This document shows positions 25,800 to 38,990 of a DNA stretch of 64,000 bases, in pieces. Below the pieces are notes generated by a model that saw only the letters and a program-made list of their open reading frames with translations, made no database searches and had not been told where the DNA came from. The stretch lies in NCBI RefSeq assembly GCF_009914755.1, contig NC_060933.1; one strand, given 5' to 3'. Position numbers and translations under genes: made by a program. The stretch's first letter is position 1. Every line of letters starts with the position of its first letter. This DNA is from the human T2T-CHM13v2.0 reference genome, Homo sapiens.

Positions 25800-27450
25800 G
25801 TAGACACAGCAGAGACACTGTCTCGAGAGCCAGCACTGAAATACATACACACATACACCTTCAGCTGCAAAGATCAAATTCCCGCTTTGAAGAAATTATT
25901 TTTGTCTTTTTGGGCCATGGGGTCTAGGCAGAACAGTTAAAGAGGAAAAATGTCTCCTTACTGAGACAGGGGGGAGGAAAAGAAGATGCTGAGGGCTTTT
26001 CCTGCAGCACCGCTGCTTGTTGTTATTAATACAATTAACCTTTCACTGTTACTAATAACCAAGGTCATTTCCCTTGAAATCTTCAGGTCGGTTTCCCACT
26101 TGCTTTGAATGTGTGTGCTCACACAATTGTTTTCATATCCTTCTCTCTGTCTCTTTTTCTCTCTCTCTCTCATCAGGAGCCTTTCAGGGTCTTGCCTGTA
26201 ATCTGTAATTCCTGTTCACACGACTGTGGGCGTTTTAGGACGTCCCTGGACAGTTATGAAACTACTGACCGGTGGAGCCTTTCTTGCAGATGGATTTCAT
26301 TCAGGACTTGTGCTATTATATTAATGGGTTTAATTTAAACAGGACTAGCCTCGCTGGCCAAATTACTGCCATTTAAATCAATTGGTTTAGGGGGAAAGGC
26401 AGCCTGACCAGAGCTATTAGACTTCAATTTATTACTGTATCGGCTTTTAAACTGGGCAAAGCAAGTTTGCTAATGTCTGTCCTCTATCCTTTGAGCTTGA
26501 GTACAAAACACAGTAATGAGAGTCTTTCGAGTTTTTTTTTTTTTAAAAAGGGGAGGCGGGAGAAAAAGAAGAAAAAGAAAAAAAAAAACATATTCATTTA
26601 AGTCAATGTTTTATGAGCCAAGACCAGGTAGCCCTCCAAAGAATGCAAACCATAGGATCCTGTGGGTGCCGTTCATGTCCCTTCATTAAATTGAGATTCA
26701 AATAATCTAACAGATGTATTAGTTTAAAAAGACTTTATACTTGGATTTTCCCCCTTATAAAAAATAAGCGCTGCTTTTTTTTTTCACACATTTCAACCTG
26801 ATTCAAATAGAAAAGCAAAAGGGAAGAAAATGCTTTAGATGTGCTCTTTTGATTTTTTCCAATCTCGCCTGAATAAAATGGAATGAGAGATCAAGAACAC
26901 TCAATTAATTGCAACATTGGGTGTCACTAGGAGAGGGAGAGAGAGATGAAGGGAGCATTAGGGATGCACAACCCTTAACAAATGCATAGATTCAAAGAAG
27001 GAAGAAGAAGGGGAATAAAAAAGCGTGTCTGTATTTTATTGCACTCGGTAAGCTTTTCGCTTGTATTTATAGCTGCAATTATATCTCAATGAGGTTTGTC
27101 TACAGTGTTGGCTTCACGCTAATTTTCCCCCTCACTGCATTCTTGGAATAGGCTCGGACTGTTTATGAACCAGACATATTGACCTCATTTACAGCTAGCA
27201 GTTTAAATCCATAATTTTTCCACCCACAATCCCTCTTTGACATTCCGGCGGTGCGGCCGGCTCAGCGAGACTGAACTAAAAGTCTCACACTTCATTGAAC
27301 ACCATTATGCGGCTTTATGCTTATAAGCCTGTTTCCCTCGGCTGCCTTTCAGCTTTGCTGGAGATCGGTTTGGCCACAGGCCGGCAGTGATTAACTGGAA
27401 GAATCCAATAAATCACCCTGTCAGCCAGCAGGCTCTCCTCACTATGTCTA
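25800..27450. promoter_or_regulatory. Putative conserved non-coding enhancer cluster
   Basis: Repeat-free, retained CpGs, dense homeodomain TAAT/ATTA sites, Pbx-Hox plus Meis pair, CCAAGGTCA; conservation is inferred, not measured. Confidence 0.55.
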
Positions 27451-28916
27451 CACATCGACATTTGGATTTGCACCTCTCTCTCTCTTTCTTTCTCTCTCTC
27501 TTTTGATTTTCTATCCCTCTTTCTCTCTCCGCCCCACTTTCTACAGAGCCATTAAAACACCTCTTTACCTTCACACAAGGTGAACTTGAATCGCTATTGT
27601 GAGTATGGCTCACTCCCACCAGCCCTCTGGGAGATAAACCCCTTTGATTTGTGGAGTTTTCCCCTGCCCTCGCCTTTCCTCTCTCCTCCTCCAATTAATT
27701 CACCCCTTCACTCTTAGGGCCTCACGGATCAGGCTGCCACGCAGGGGAAAAGACAGGCAGAGCGGGTGGGAGTGTGGCCAGGAGGCAGGTGCTGAAGAGG
27801 AAATCCCACGGATTCCTGTCAACTCCCGTCTCCTTCCGAGAGCCCCGCAGCCCCGGGAGAGAAAGGAACTGAGAACTGGGTTCTGCTTCCCCGGACGCCG
27901 AGCAACCTGGCTTTTCTATGAGAATGCTAGACTGGGATCAGTTCCTTCCTAGGGGGTGCACATACGTGTGTTCACAACTGAACGTCTGTGCCCACGTTTA
28001 GGAACGTTTGTGAGACTGTTCCAGACTCTGCTTGCAAGGAGAAGGAGGTGCAGCTACCGATTTATGAGTAAAGGGACGGTTCCCTGGTGTGGGCACTGTT
28101 GGTGGGGGCTGGGGTCAGGGTGGTCCCAGCAGATTCCCCACAGCTCGGGCTTCCTACTTTCCTACTTCTCACAGGCTGTTTGTGAAACAGCCTGTTCTTC
28201 GACTTGCCTGGTAATTTCCCGACCCTCTCTCTTTCGTATTCTCCCCATGGCCGTAGTCTTTTGTCTGGGATTATTTCTGCTCTGTGAGCACAAGCATTTG
28301 TTTGATGTCTCAGACATCAAATATACTGTATACTCTCCGAGTGGCTGAAGAAAGCAGGATTTTTGCTTTTGAAAACTCCACCGGCAAGAATGAGAAAAAG
28401 CAGTCTGAACTGCAGACACAAAGGATGGGAGAGATAGGAAGGAACAGCACCAGGCAGGCGTGATCAGGGGCCTCTCCCTCCCTGCAACGCACTGCGGGGA
28501 CAGCGGTTCCTCTTGGCCTGGGGCTGTGCTGCGTGGACATGTAACAGCAGTAAACTGCCTGCAAGCCAGAAAGGAAATCGATACAGCCGCGAAGGGGTGG
28601 CCTGCCTTTGTCGATACGCTTCCAGTTTGTGCTGGCTGAGAGGGAGCCCTCCTTATGACAGTAACGCCTCTGTATCCACGCCTCCACCTCCCGACTGATC
28701 CTCGGTATAGGTTTCTTACTAAATTTTTGGGTCTTGTAAACTGCCTTCTGTCTTTTGTAAGTTGGCTACATAGTTAGACAGAGAATTAGATAATGGATCT
28801 ACAGAGAGAAACCAGGAAGGAAACCCTAAGTATCTTGTCCATGGTACCTGGTCAGTATAGCCAAGTACCTGGCACAAAGTAGGAATTTAAAACATATTAT
28901 TTCTTTTTAGAGTCCT

Positions 28917-29284
28917 TGTTATGAACTGAATGTTCGTGTATTCCCAAAAACTCCTATGTTGAAATTCTTACCCCTAAGGTGATGGTTTTAGGAGGTGAGA
29001 CCTTTGAGGGGGGTGATTAGGTCATGAGGGTGGAGCCCTCATGAATGGGATTAGTGCCTTGATGAAAGGGACCCCAGAGAGTGCCTGTTCTTCTTACACC
29101 ATGTAAGGACACAATAAGAAGTTGACAGTCTGTAATCCAGAAGAGGGCCCTCTCCAGAACCCAGCTATGCTAACACCCTCATCTCAGCCTTCCAGCCTCC
29201 AGAAATGTGAGAAATAAATTTCTGTTGTTTATGTGCCATTGAGCCTACAGTGCTTTGTTATAGCAGCCCGAACTGACTAAGACC
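28917..29284 (+). mobile_element. MLT1A0 solo LTR
   Basis: TGTTATGAACTGAATG...AATAAATTTCTGTTG...CTAAGAC; TSD GTCCT/CTCCT. Confidence 0.9.
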
Positions 29285-29939
29285 CTCCTATACAGATAGA
29301 TTGATATAAAAGCCACTTGGAAGACTTAGATGTGACCCTTGGACACATGATAACCCTCAGTCAATTTTCCTTGCCAGACTGGTACCAGGAGGTCCTCTGC
29401 TCCCCCTTTGTATCTCCAACTCTCACGCTTTGTTCATTTCACCCCGATGCACCACCATGGATGAGGTCGCAAATCTTAAGCAAATATTCAGATCACTGTC
29501 GAGGAGCTGTAACTCAATTGGATCAGTTCCTGCTCTGCCAACATCCCAGTGCATTTGCATGGGGGTTTGTTGAAGCTAGTCACGAAAAGCATGTAGGGTT
29601 CATACTGTTCCCCATTTCTGAAGATGACAAAAGTGAAGGAATACCCCTGATAATACTTGGGTTGAGAACATTTCTTGTGTGCCTACTAGGTTCCCAGTGT
29701 GGATCCTTATATCAAAATATGAAGATTGCCCATAAATTGTAAGCATAAGGCAAGGAAACAGGGTTCATAAGCTACCCAGCTATTGCTATAATTGTAAAGA
29801 GGTGGAGTTGGGGGGTTGCTCTTTCAAAAAATAACTGTCAAACATAGAAACTTACATGATACTCACATAGCCTCATTGTTAACAGCATTTAAGGCACATC
29901 TGTCTTCAAAAGACATTTTAGTTATTGCACAAAAGCAAG

Positions 29940-30340
29940 GAACCTCAGCATGACTCAGTTTCTCTGTTTGTAATAGAAGAATAGTAAAAATCTTTGCCAC
30001 CTTCTTGTGGTGTATGACTCTTTTGAGAAAGAATCATCTATGCAAAATGCTTTGTGCGCCTCAGAGACAAGGTAATATTGAAATTTGTGTCAGCATCATC
30101 ATTAAATCTTTCCTTCCGGGGACTTAATATTTTTCAATATTGTCTCATTGATTCTAGCAGCATCATAAACAAGAATAGCGTAGCAGCAAGATAGTTCCCA
30201 CACAAGGCAGAACTGGATTTTCTTTCTGCCTCAAACTAGCTCTGAACTAAACTCAAGAAAGCGCTCATGAGTCTCTGTTCTTTCACCTGCAAAATGAGAC
30301 AGCTGAACTAATTGATGCCCAAGGTTTACTCTGTAATACT
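29940..30340 (+). mobile_element. MIR fragments
   Basis: CTCAGTTTCTCTGTTTGTAATAG; TTCTTTCACCTGCAAAATGAG. Confidence 0.5.
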
Positions 30341-30369
30341 AAGTTCAACAATAGAAAAAAAGTGCCTGT

Positions 30370-31900
30370 TTCTCATGCTATAATTTTGCACAGTCACTTC
30401 CTCTGGAGTCTATTTTCATCTGCGTTTTATAAATGTGCTCTCCTTGGTCCTCTTTGGCCTCTCTGTTAACTTCAGGCTCCTTCTGTGTCTCTTTTTCCTC
30501 CTTCTGCCTGGTAGCATCGGCACTGTCCAGAGTCCCGTCCTTGGCCTCATCCTCTTCTCTGTCTAAACTCTGACTCTGTAGCTTCATCCATGATTTCAGT
30601 TTTGATTATCATCTCTGTGTAGAAGGCTATCCGGTTTCTTTCTCTAGTCTTGACCACCTTCTCAAAATCCATACCCATCATTCCAACTGCCTGCGATACA
30701 CATTTCCACCTGAATGTGCCACCAACATCTCAAGTTCCAATGATGTAGAAAAGAATGGATTCATTTGTCCTGACCCCATGGAATCAGCCTGAGTTCAATC
30801 AGAGAAGTAGGATCATCATGAGTGTATGTGGAATAAAGGGTGTAACACAGGGATGAGAACTTCTACAGTCACAGGAGCTGGTGGGAGTCTCTGCAACATT
30901 GTTGTTTCCGTGCCTGTGTTGGTCTGAAGTCACTAGGGGTCAGCCAGATGGGCAGTTGGAAGGGAAAGCTGGGTGCAGTTAAGGAAAAGGATCTCTGTGA
31001 GGATGACCTAGAACCCACATCTGCCACATCTGTCTCTCACAGCCTCCAATGGCTGCCTTGGGTTATTTCCAGCATAAGTTGCTACCCTTCTTCACAGAGC
31101 TGCTTTGTACTTGACCCAGCACTTGAAGAAGCTGCAGGAGGAGACTCGACAGGAGCAGAGGGAGGCGTGTGCTCAGGTAAGACCCTATGCCAACAAGGTG
31201 AGTTGTCACATGAGCTGCCACAGTTCCCGGTCCCCGGCATCAAGCTTCAGAACATCAGATATATGGTCCTGCCTCACTTCCACTGCCAGAGCTCATGCAA
31301 CATGTGTCCTGTGGCCAATACTAACCCGAATCATACAGGGAAAGGAATTCTGAAAGAATTAAAGAGACAAAGCTACCTCACCCGTAGACTGCTCCTCTTC
31401 CTGTATTTCCTAATTCTGTTCATGGCATGGTATCTTCCCATCATCTAGATTAAAAACCAGGAACTTCCCTTTTCCCCAAATCCAACCAGCTGCTAAAAAC
31501 CATGCTCTTTACTCTCACAATGTCTTTTCCATTCATCCCAGTACCTTCTTTAATCTCTAGCAATCATTCTTGCTAAGCAGTTGGGACTCTTGTTATCTCC
31601 TGCCTAGACCATTACAATAGCCTCCAAAGAGGGCTTAGTCCCTATCATCTCTCTTCCCTTTCAAACCATTCACAGCTATAACCATCTTTTTTTCCTGACA
31701 ATAAGATTACATAGATCCACACTGTCTTTCGGGGATGAAATCTAACTCTTAGGCCTGAAAACAAATGCCCTTCACAATCAGAACTATGTTAATTTTTCCA
31801 ACTACAATTCCCCTTGTCAGCTTTCAGGAAACTTATGTTCTATCCACTGCCCTACTATTCCCTGTCCGACAGTCTCCCATCCCTCCCTTGCCCACACTGC
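30370..31900 (+). mobile_element. L2 fragment interrupted by the MLT2F-like LTR
   Basis: Pyrimidine-rich L2 body (CCAACTGCCTGC...CATTTCCACCTGAATGT...CATCTCAAG); resumes ~31370. Confidence 0.65.
30781..31360 (-). mobile_element. MLT2F-like ERVL LTR with an APOA4-like segment
   Basis: GAGTTCAATCAGAGAAG...GTGGCCAATACTAACCCGAATCATACAGGGAAAGGAATTCTG; collinear with 6559-7563. Confidence 0.7.
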
Positions 31901-32324
31901 ACCTCCTAGCTGAAAGGTTTTTACTTGATCTGGGGCTCTACTATCCTATCAAGGTGTAATAAGTCTATGTTCAGATTTAATTGTTTTCCATATCTTTCTC
32001 TGGAAATATTTGTAATCATTTTCACTTCTGAAAATCCTAAATAAATTATCAAGATCCTTCTTAAAACACATTATTATGCCTGAAATGCATGCCACAAACT
32101 CCAAATTAGACCATAGCATTTTGAAAATGGGGAACACATAGTCTCTCCCAGCCACTTGCACATAGTGGAGGAGCAGTAAGGACTTGCTCCCTAAATGGAT
32201 GATTCCTGGGATCAGGATTTCACAGGGAAGCAAGGCAGTGGGGAGAGCCAGCTCAATGGATCAAACAGCTTCAGCCACTTTTAATTTGGAGGTAAATTTC
32301 CAAGTAAAAGTTTGCTGAAAAAAT

Positions 32325-33047
<723 letters not shown>

Positions 33048-33114
33048 AGAAAAATTTTAAATGTCCTCTCCAGGAGGTTAGGGAAACTGTTACCCTGAAG
33101 ACCCTGTTTGTTCC

Positions 33115-33512
33115 TGATAAGAATTGGCTCTGTGTCTCCACCTAAATCTGATGTCAAATTGTAATTACCAGTGTTGGAGGAGGGGCCTGGTGGGAGGTGA
33201 CTGGATCACGGAGGTGATTTCTAATGGTTTAGCACCATCCCCCAAATGCTGTCTCATGTTGGAGCTCTCAGAAGATCTGGTTGTTTGAAAGTGTGTAGCA
33301 CCTCCCACTTCACTCTCTCTCTCTCTCCTGCAGCCATGTGAAGATGTGCTTGCTTCCCCTTTATCCTTCAGCCATGATTGTAAGTTTCTTGAGGCCTCCC
33401 AGCCATGTCTCCTGTACAGCTCACAGACACATGAGCCAATTAAGCCTCCTTTCTTTATAAATTACCCAGTGTCTGGTGTGTCTTTATAGCAGTGTGAGAA
33501 TGGACTAACGCA
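33115..33512 (+). mobile_element. MSTA-like solo LTR
   Basis: TGATAAGAATTGGCTCTGTGTC...GGACTAACGCA; TSD GTTCC. Confidence 0.9.
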
Positions 33513-33899
33513 GTTCCTTCTCAATTTAATATTTTCCCCATTGGCTCTCTCACCCACAGAATAATTTACTTCCACCATTTTCCCCCCAACATTTCATGGG
33601 GAGGATGACAAGGCAATATTGCCCATCATTTAGGCAAAGATGCACAGAAGCTATGCAGCATGCCCATGACTACAAAGCTACTGGCTGAATACCGAAGCAC
33701 AGGGGTGTGACACAAGCAAAGACCTAACTTGATGCAGGTCATTTCTTTCAATCATCAATCAACCAAATGGTCTTTTTTATTTTTAATCAGAAATTCTTGT
33801 TACTAGCCATATATTCTATGTGTTTACGGAAATAATTCCAGGTGAGTTCCTCAAACATAGGCACATAAAAATGAATTTTATGTGAATATAGATCGTATT

Positions 33900-34100
33900 A
33901 ATTCTTGCCACTTGTGTTGTGATTTGCATCTTTAAGACACTTCACAAGCATCATTAACTAATTAGTCTTCAAGATGCCTCTCTGGAGGTAGATATGTATT
34001 GCCTCATCTTGCAGATAAGGAAACAATATGCAGAGAGATCACACAAAATTCAAGAAACCCAGCAATGAGCCCCAAATAATTTTCTCATCATTATTTCTTC
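33900..34100 (-). mobile_element. MIR fragment
   Basis: CTCATCTTGCAGATAAGGAAAC core. Confidence 0.55.
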
Positions 34101-36972
34101 CTCATATAAAAGTCCTCTTCAAGAAAAACTCCAAATTCACACCACACCAGGGGCTCTGTGTGTAAATCACAAGAGCTGCCTGCTACACAGAGGAACGTGT
34201 TCATCATTGAAGAATGTTTACATAAGTCACATCATGGGTTACTTGAATAGAAGCCCATAACACATATTTGTAGGTAGGCATGGTGGATTCCTTTGTAGCA
34301 ATGTCAGTTAGGAAACATAGCTGCCAGAAAAAAGGGAATGAAACCTAATAATCAAATAGAAATGGGTAAAAAGCAAAAAAAAAAAAAAAAAAGTGTAAAA
34401 AATGTGAGTTCCTTTTATTCCCCTTAGAGTGGGGAGTTCCTCCAATTCCCCTTATTTCACTTAAAGTTAAAAAGGTTCAAAGTTAGTAGGAAGACCCAAA
34501 CATCCCCTTCTGGGGGTTTGAGGGATTGTCAGGCAGACACCACCTACTTTACCACCAGACAAATGACAGCTAGTGGAAGTGACCATGTTGGCAGGTGGCC
34601 AGGAGTCCCAGCTGGACACCAACTTGCCCTGTTGCCTCCTGGGTGCACTCTCTCTCTGTCTCTCTCCCTGCCTTTCTCTCTCTCCTTTTCCAGCTCTAAA
34701 ATGGAAATCACAAATCCAACTGACACCACAGAGTTGCATATAAACACTATGATAAAGTGCTTTGTGGGAACCAAGCCCTTTGTGCATTGTAAAGAGGGTA
34801 TTTGCGACGGTAATAATTCCTCCTCTAACCAATACCACATCCTATACCTGGAGACCAGGTGGCTGCTCCTGGATGTCTGTACTTTTCCCTGTAATTCAAG
34901 TGAGCCACACATCTTCCTACTGGAGTGCTCACAGGGTTTGAAAATGAAGTCCTGTAGGGAACTCCTTCTAATTGCCAGTGAGTCACTTTCCTTTCCAAGC
35001 AAAGAGGTTTCTGTTGGTGACATTAGAGAGCAGGCGCTTGTCTGTATTGTAACAGCTTAATTATACGTATGGGTATAATCACACAATCTGTCATTATACC
35101 TTTTTTTCCACCCGGAGAATTTGTACTGCAATCACCATAACACTATAACAACATGAACAACAGACTTTCTGGCCCTCCCCGTGATCGTTTCCTTTGCCAT
35201 GCCTGGTAGGGATGAGCAGGCGGCTTTGGATGGAAGAACTGACTGCTCGCTAGCAGAAAAACACAAGCCTGAATCTTTCACAGGGTTTTCAGGGCATCCT
35301 GTTCATTTGGCTCTCTCTAAAGGACAGTCAAGTCCCTCGCTTTCCTCCCAGCCTAACAAACCCTCCCTCTGGTTTCATCTGTTTGAAAATTGCACAAGAA
35401 GAAACCATCCTTCTGCTATTTTATACCCAAACCAAGTGAAGTGGAAATTGCATGAGGAAACCTATCCATCTGTTATCCCTCAGCTCAGCAGTGGTTAGAA
35501 TTTATTACACAGCGCATCCTGTCCCCTGCCTCTGCCAGGCAGCCTGTGGGGTGAAGTATGGGTGGGGAGGGAGGCTCAGGTCTCAGAGAGGGGGCGATTG
35601 CCTTTGCAGCTTCATCAGCAGAAGTAGCAAACTTACTTATTACAGAGCAAGAGTTGGGCCGTCACAGAACAGCAGCATATGAGGAGGAGGAAAGGTACTG
35701 CCACTGAACACCAGGTAACCTTGCATCCCACAAGCCACTGGCCATGTCATTCCAGCTACACCACAACCAGGAGGCAAGATCAGGGACAAACTCTGGGAGA
35801 CCCAGAACCCACCTCATGGGGCTGGAAATTATATTTTAGAGGGAAGCTTTATTTCTAAAGGTACTGTTGAAGTTCAGCAATAACCTGTTCCCGTGTGTCA
35901 GGAATTTCTAAGAAAATGGCTCCAGGACAACTCCTGGGAAACAGCCCCTTCTCTTGGGATCAAGAATAATTTGTGGCAACATCCTGTAGTTCTTCTTCCC
36001 TGAGTGGTTGTGCACTAACCTGAAATAATCATCATTAGCATGTTGGTGATTGCTATGGTCCTTATCAGCATTGATGTTTCTTTTATTAGAGGAGAATAGC
36101 TGATTAAGTCTCAGACTTGTCACAATGTACTGCAGGCACTAAACCTAGTGCTTCGGATTTTCCTTTTCCTCAGGTTTACAGACTTCTTTATCTTCCCAGA
36201 AAATATGGTCATTTGTTTGTGTTTTGTGAAGTCTCTTTGATCCATAATGGAATATTACAGGTATAAAGAAATTTATACCTGGAGATTTTATTCATACTCA
36301 TTAATAATATCCCTCACAGACCATCAAATACAGCCTAATCCTTTAATGTTGCCTCATGTCTACCTTCAGGCCTTAAAAGAGATAAGGCAATTAGTGTAGG
36401 ATCCATTTTTTTTTTAATCAGGTTGGAATTTAAACCAGCATCATCAGCCTGCCAATATCTCCTCAAAACAAAACCTAGTTAGAAGAGCCTATGAGATTGT
36501 GGAGTCCAAGGTCATATTAATGCCACATGTTGTGTGAACTTGTCATTTTTTCTAACAATACAGAGTTATGCCCCTTTTAACCAATTCATTTATTCAATTT
36601 GTTTATTCATCCAAGAGCTCCCTCTATGAGCCAGGTACTTACTGTATTGTGTTGAGGATTAAAGTCTAAAAAAAACCAGACATGGTCCCTATCCTTACAC
36701 AGCATAGAGTCCAGTGGAGGAGATATTCAAGAAAATGGTTAAATGCAATATAATGTTTAAGGAGAGGGTAATGTATAGTGATTGGGAGAATCCTGTGGCC
36801 TAGATCTGGAGGTAAATATTAATAAGATGGAGAATAATGGAGAAATGTATTCCATTCTAAAAAACAACATGGCAAATATCCTGAGTGAGAGAGACATGGT
36901 ACTTTCAAAGAATTTAAGACAGTTCGAAGTGGTTAAAGGATGGGAGTAGTGAGACAGAGGCAGCAGATGTAG

Positions 36973-37376
36973 TGTGTTAGTCAGGGTTTGAGAGAGAAAG
37001 AGAACCAGTACTATGTGTATTCCTAGAGAGAAGTGAATGAGGGCTTTAAGAAACTGGCTTATGTGATTGCAGGGGCTGGCATGTCCAAATGCAGTGGGTC
37101 TGGCCAGCAGGCTAGACAGCCAGGGAAGAGTCGATACTGCAACTTGAGTCCAAAGCTCAATTCTACCTTCCTCAGAGGACCTTAGTTTTTTCTCTTAAGA
37201 ACTCCACTTTATGACTTGCCCACTTTAGAGAGGGCAGTTGGTTTTAGTCCAGTCTACTGATTTATGTTAATCTCATCTTTTCAAAAAGCCTTCACAGCAA
37301 TATCTAGACACATGTTTGTCCAAATATCTGAGTACCATGACCTGGTCAGGTTGACACATAAAATTGGCCATGAACA
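36973..37376 (-). mobile_element. MLT2D solo LTR
   Basis: TGTGTTAGTCAGGG...GTTGACACATAAAATT; TSD TGTAG/GGTAG. Confidence 0.85.
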
Positions 37377-37748
37377 GGTAGTAAAAAACACTTATAAATG
37401 ACCTTGTTAAACTTGTTAAGGAGTTTGACATTTATCCTAAGATCAATAGAGGCTATTTGGGATGGGGATTGGGATCATTTTACAGTGACAATAGAACAAG
37501 AGCTGCTATTTAGGAAGATGACTGTGGCCACATCATACAAAAGAGAATGCTGGAGGAGGGGCCAAGACTGAAGATCAGAAGACCAGTGGAGGCTGTTGGA
37601 ATCATCTTGGTGAAAGGAAATCATTTCTGAACTAGAAAAATGTTAACAAAAATGGAGGAAAATTGCCATATTTAAGAGAGTTTTTGTTTTTTGTTTTAGT
37701 TATGGGGAGTTGGGGAGGTAAAATCATTAAGATTTTATAATTGGTTGG

Positions 37749-38265
37749 CAAGGCAAGCTTCCTAATTTGCAGGGCCCAGTGCGAACAAAAATGCAGGGCC
37801 TCCTGTTCGAAACCATTTTCCTTTTTTGTAATCTCTCTCTCAACCCGTCACAGAATGTTTTATCTGCTGTTTTATGTTGTGCTCCCTTGAGCACAGTAAT
37901 ATTCTCAAAGCACTCCGGGTCCACTTCCATCACTCAGCAGGTGGGTGTATACACTCACCACCACATCCACACCCGAAGTCGAGGGAGCCATGGTCACTGG
38001 GCAAATGCAGGAGACTTGGCAGCTGAGAATCCATCTTTGGGAGGCGGGACGGCGGGGAAAGTTGGGACCCTCCATGTGCTGAGGCTCCAAGCCTCAGTAA
38101 GTGCTTTACTTTCCTATTGGACTTCCCTTAAAAAACACACATTCAAAGAAAAAATTATTAAGAATTTCAGGACAGCAAGTAAAGTGCATTAAACGCCAAG
38201 AACAAGGTCCTTCTGAGCACAGGGCCCTTTGGGATTACACTGGTCACACAACTTTGAAGTTGGTA
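37749..38265 (-). mobile_element. MER45B/C-like hAT-Tip100 element
   Basis: Both ends match the reverse complement of the MER45A-like copy at 471-646. Confidence 0.75.
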
Positions 38266-38744
38266 TATCTGTTAAGATACAAAAGGTAAACTGATGGAGA
38301 GGGAATAATAAGGAGAATACCAGGTTTTCATCTTAAGAAAACTGATGAATGGCAGTGCCATTCACACAAAGAGAAAGAGATGGACAAGTTTGGGACCCTG
38401 GGGGAAAAAGATGCTTGCCGCTTTGCATTGGTTAATTGTGTAGGAGACAAGTCTAGTAGGTAGCTAAGTATACGGATTTGAATCTCAAAAAAGGAATCTG
38501 GGTTAAAGATATAAAATTGGACATCATCAATGTACAGATTTTCTTTAACCGTTTGTTCTAGAAGCAGCCACAGGTTTCTACTCATCCATAGCTATTTCGT
38601 AAAGAGAGAGCTCTAGAGAGACTAATGAGATCTATGGACCTGGAAGCTGGAAGCCAAACAGGCCATCATAGGAATGAACTTCCTCGCTGTGATCTCGTTT
38701 ACACCACATGCTAAGCAGATGAGCTGAGGAGACTCTCTTACAGC

Positions 38745-38990
38745 TTGAGTGAAGCAAGATGGCAGATTGGGAAGAGTCCTGGTCTTGAGATCTGAAGGAC
38801 TTGGATGAGGTCCTAACGTTCCCTCACCCTGTGACCTTGCACGAATCGCTTACCCTCACTAAGCTTTTATAATTTTCCTTTGTCAAAATCAAGACAACTA
38901 AATATCTCCATCTTGGTCGGGAGGCTGAGACAAAAAGGTGAACATAAATGCCCTTTACATGCTGCAAAATGACTACAGACATGAAACTGT
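38745..38990 (+). mobile_element. MIR
   Basis: TGTGACCTTGCACGAATCGCTTACCCTCACTAAGC core. Confidence 0.65.

Larger units (their letters stand above)
36585..38540 (-). mobile_element. L2 hosting MLT2D and MER45 insertions
   Basis: TTCATTTATTCA tail; AGACATGGTCCCT; AAGGAGTTTGACATTTATCC; GAATGGCAGTGCCATTCAC. Confidence 0.7.

Noticed and set aside
28443-28460. REST/NRSE-like CAGCACC motif
   Set aside because: Only the left half-site; the GGACAG half is missing
30948-31448. 166-aa ORF or functional apolipoprotein gene
   Set aside because: Lies in an LTR; the APOA4-like similarity is in other frames, frameshifted and only ~45 codons, so it is reported as a captured fragment rather than a gene
34467-35060. 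Three overlapping ORFs of 123-180 aa
   Set aside because: Overlap a CT repeat and MIR fragment; no homology recognised
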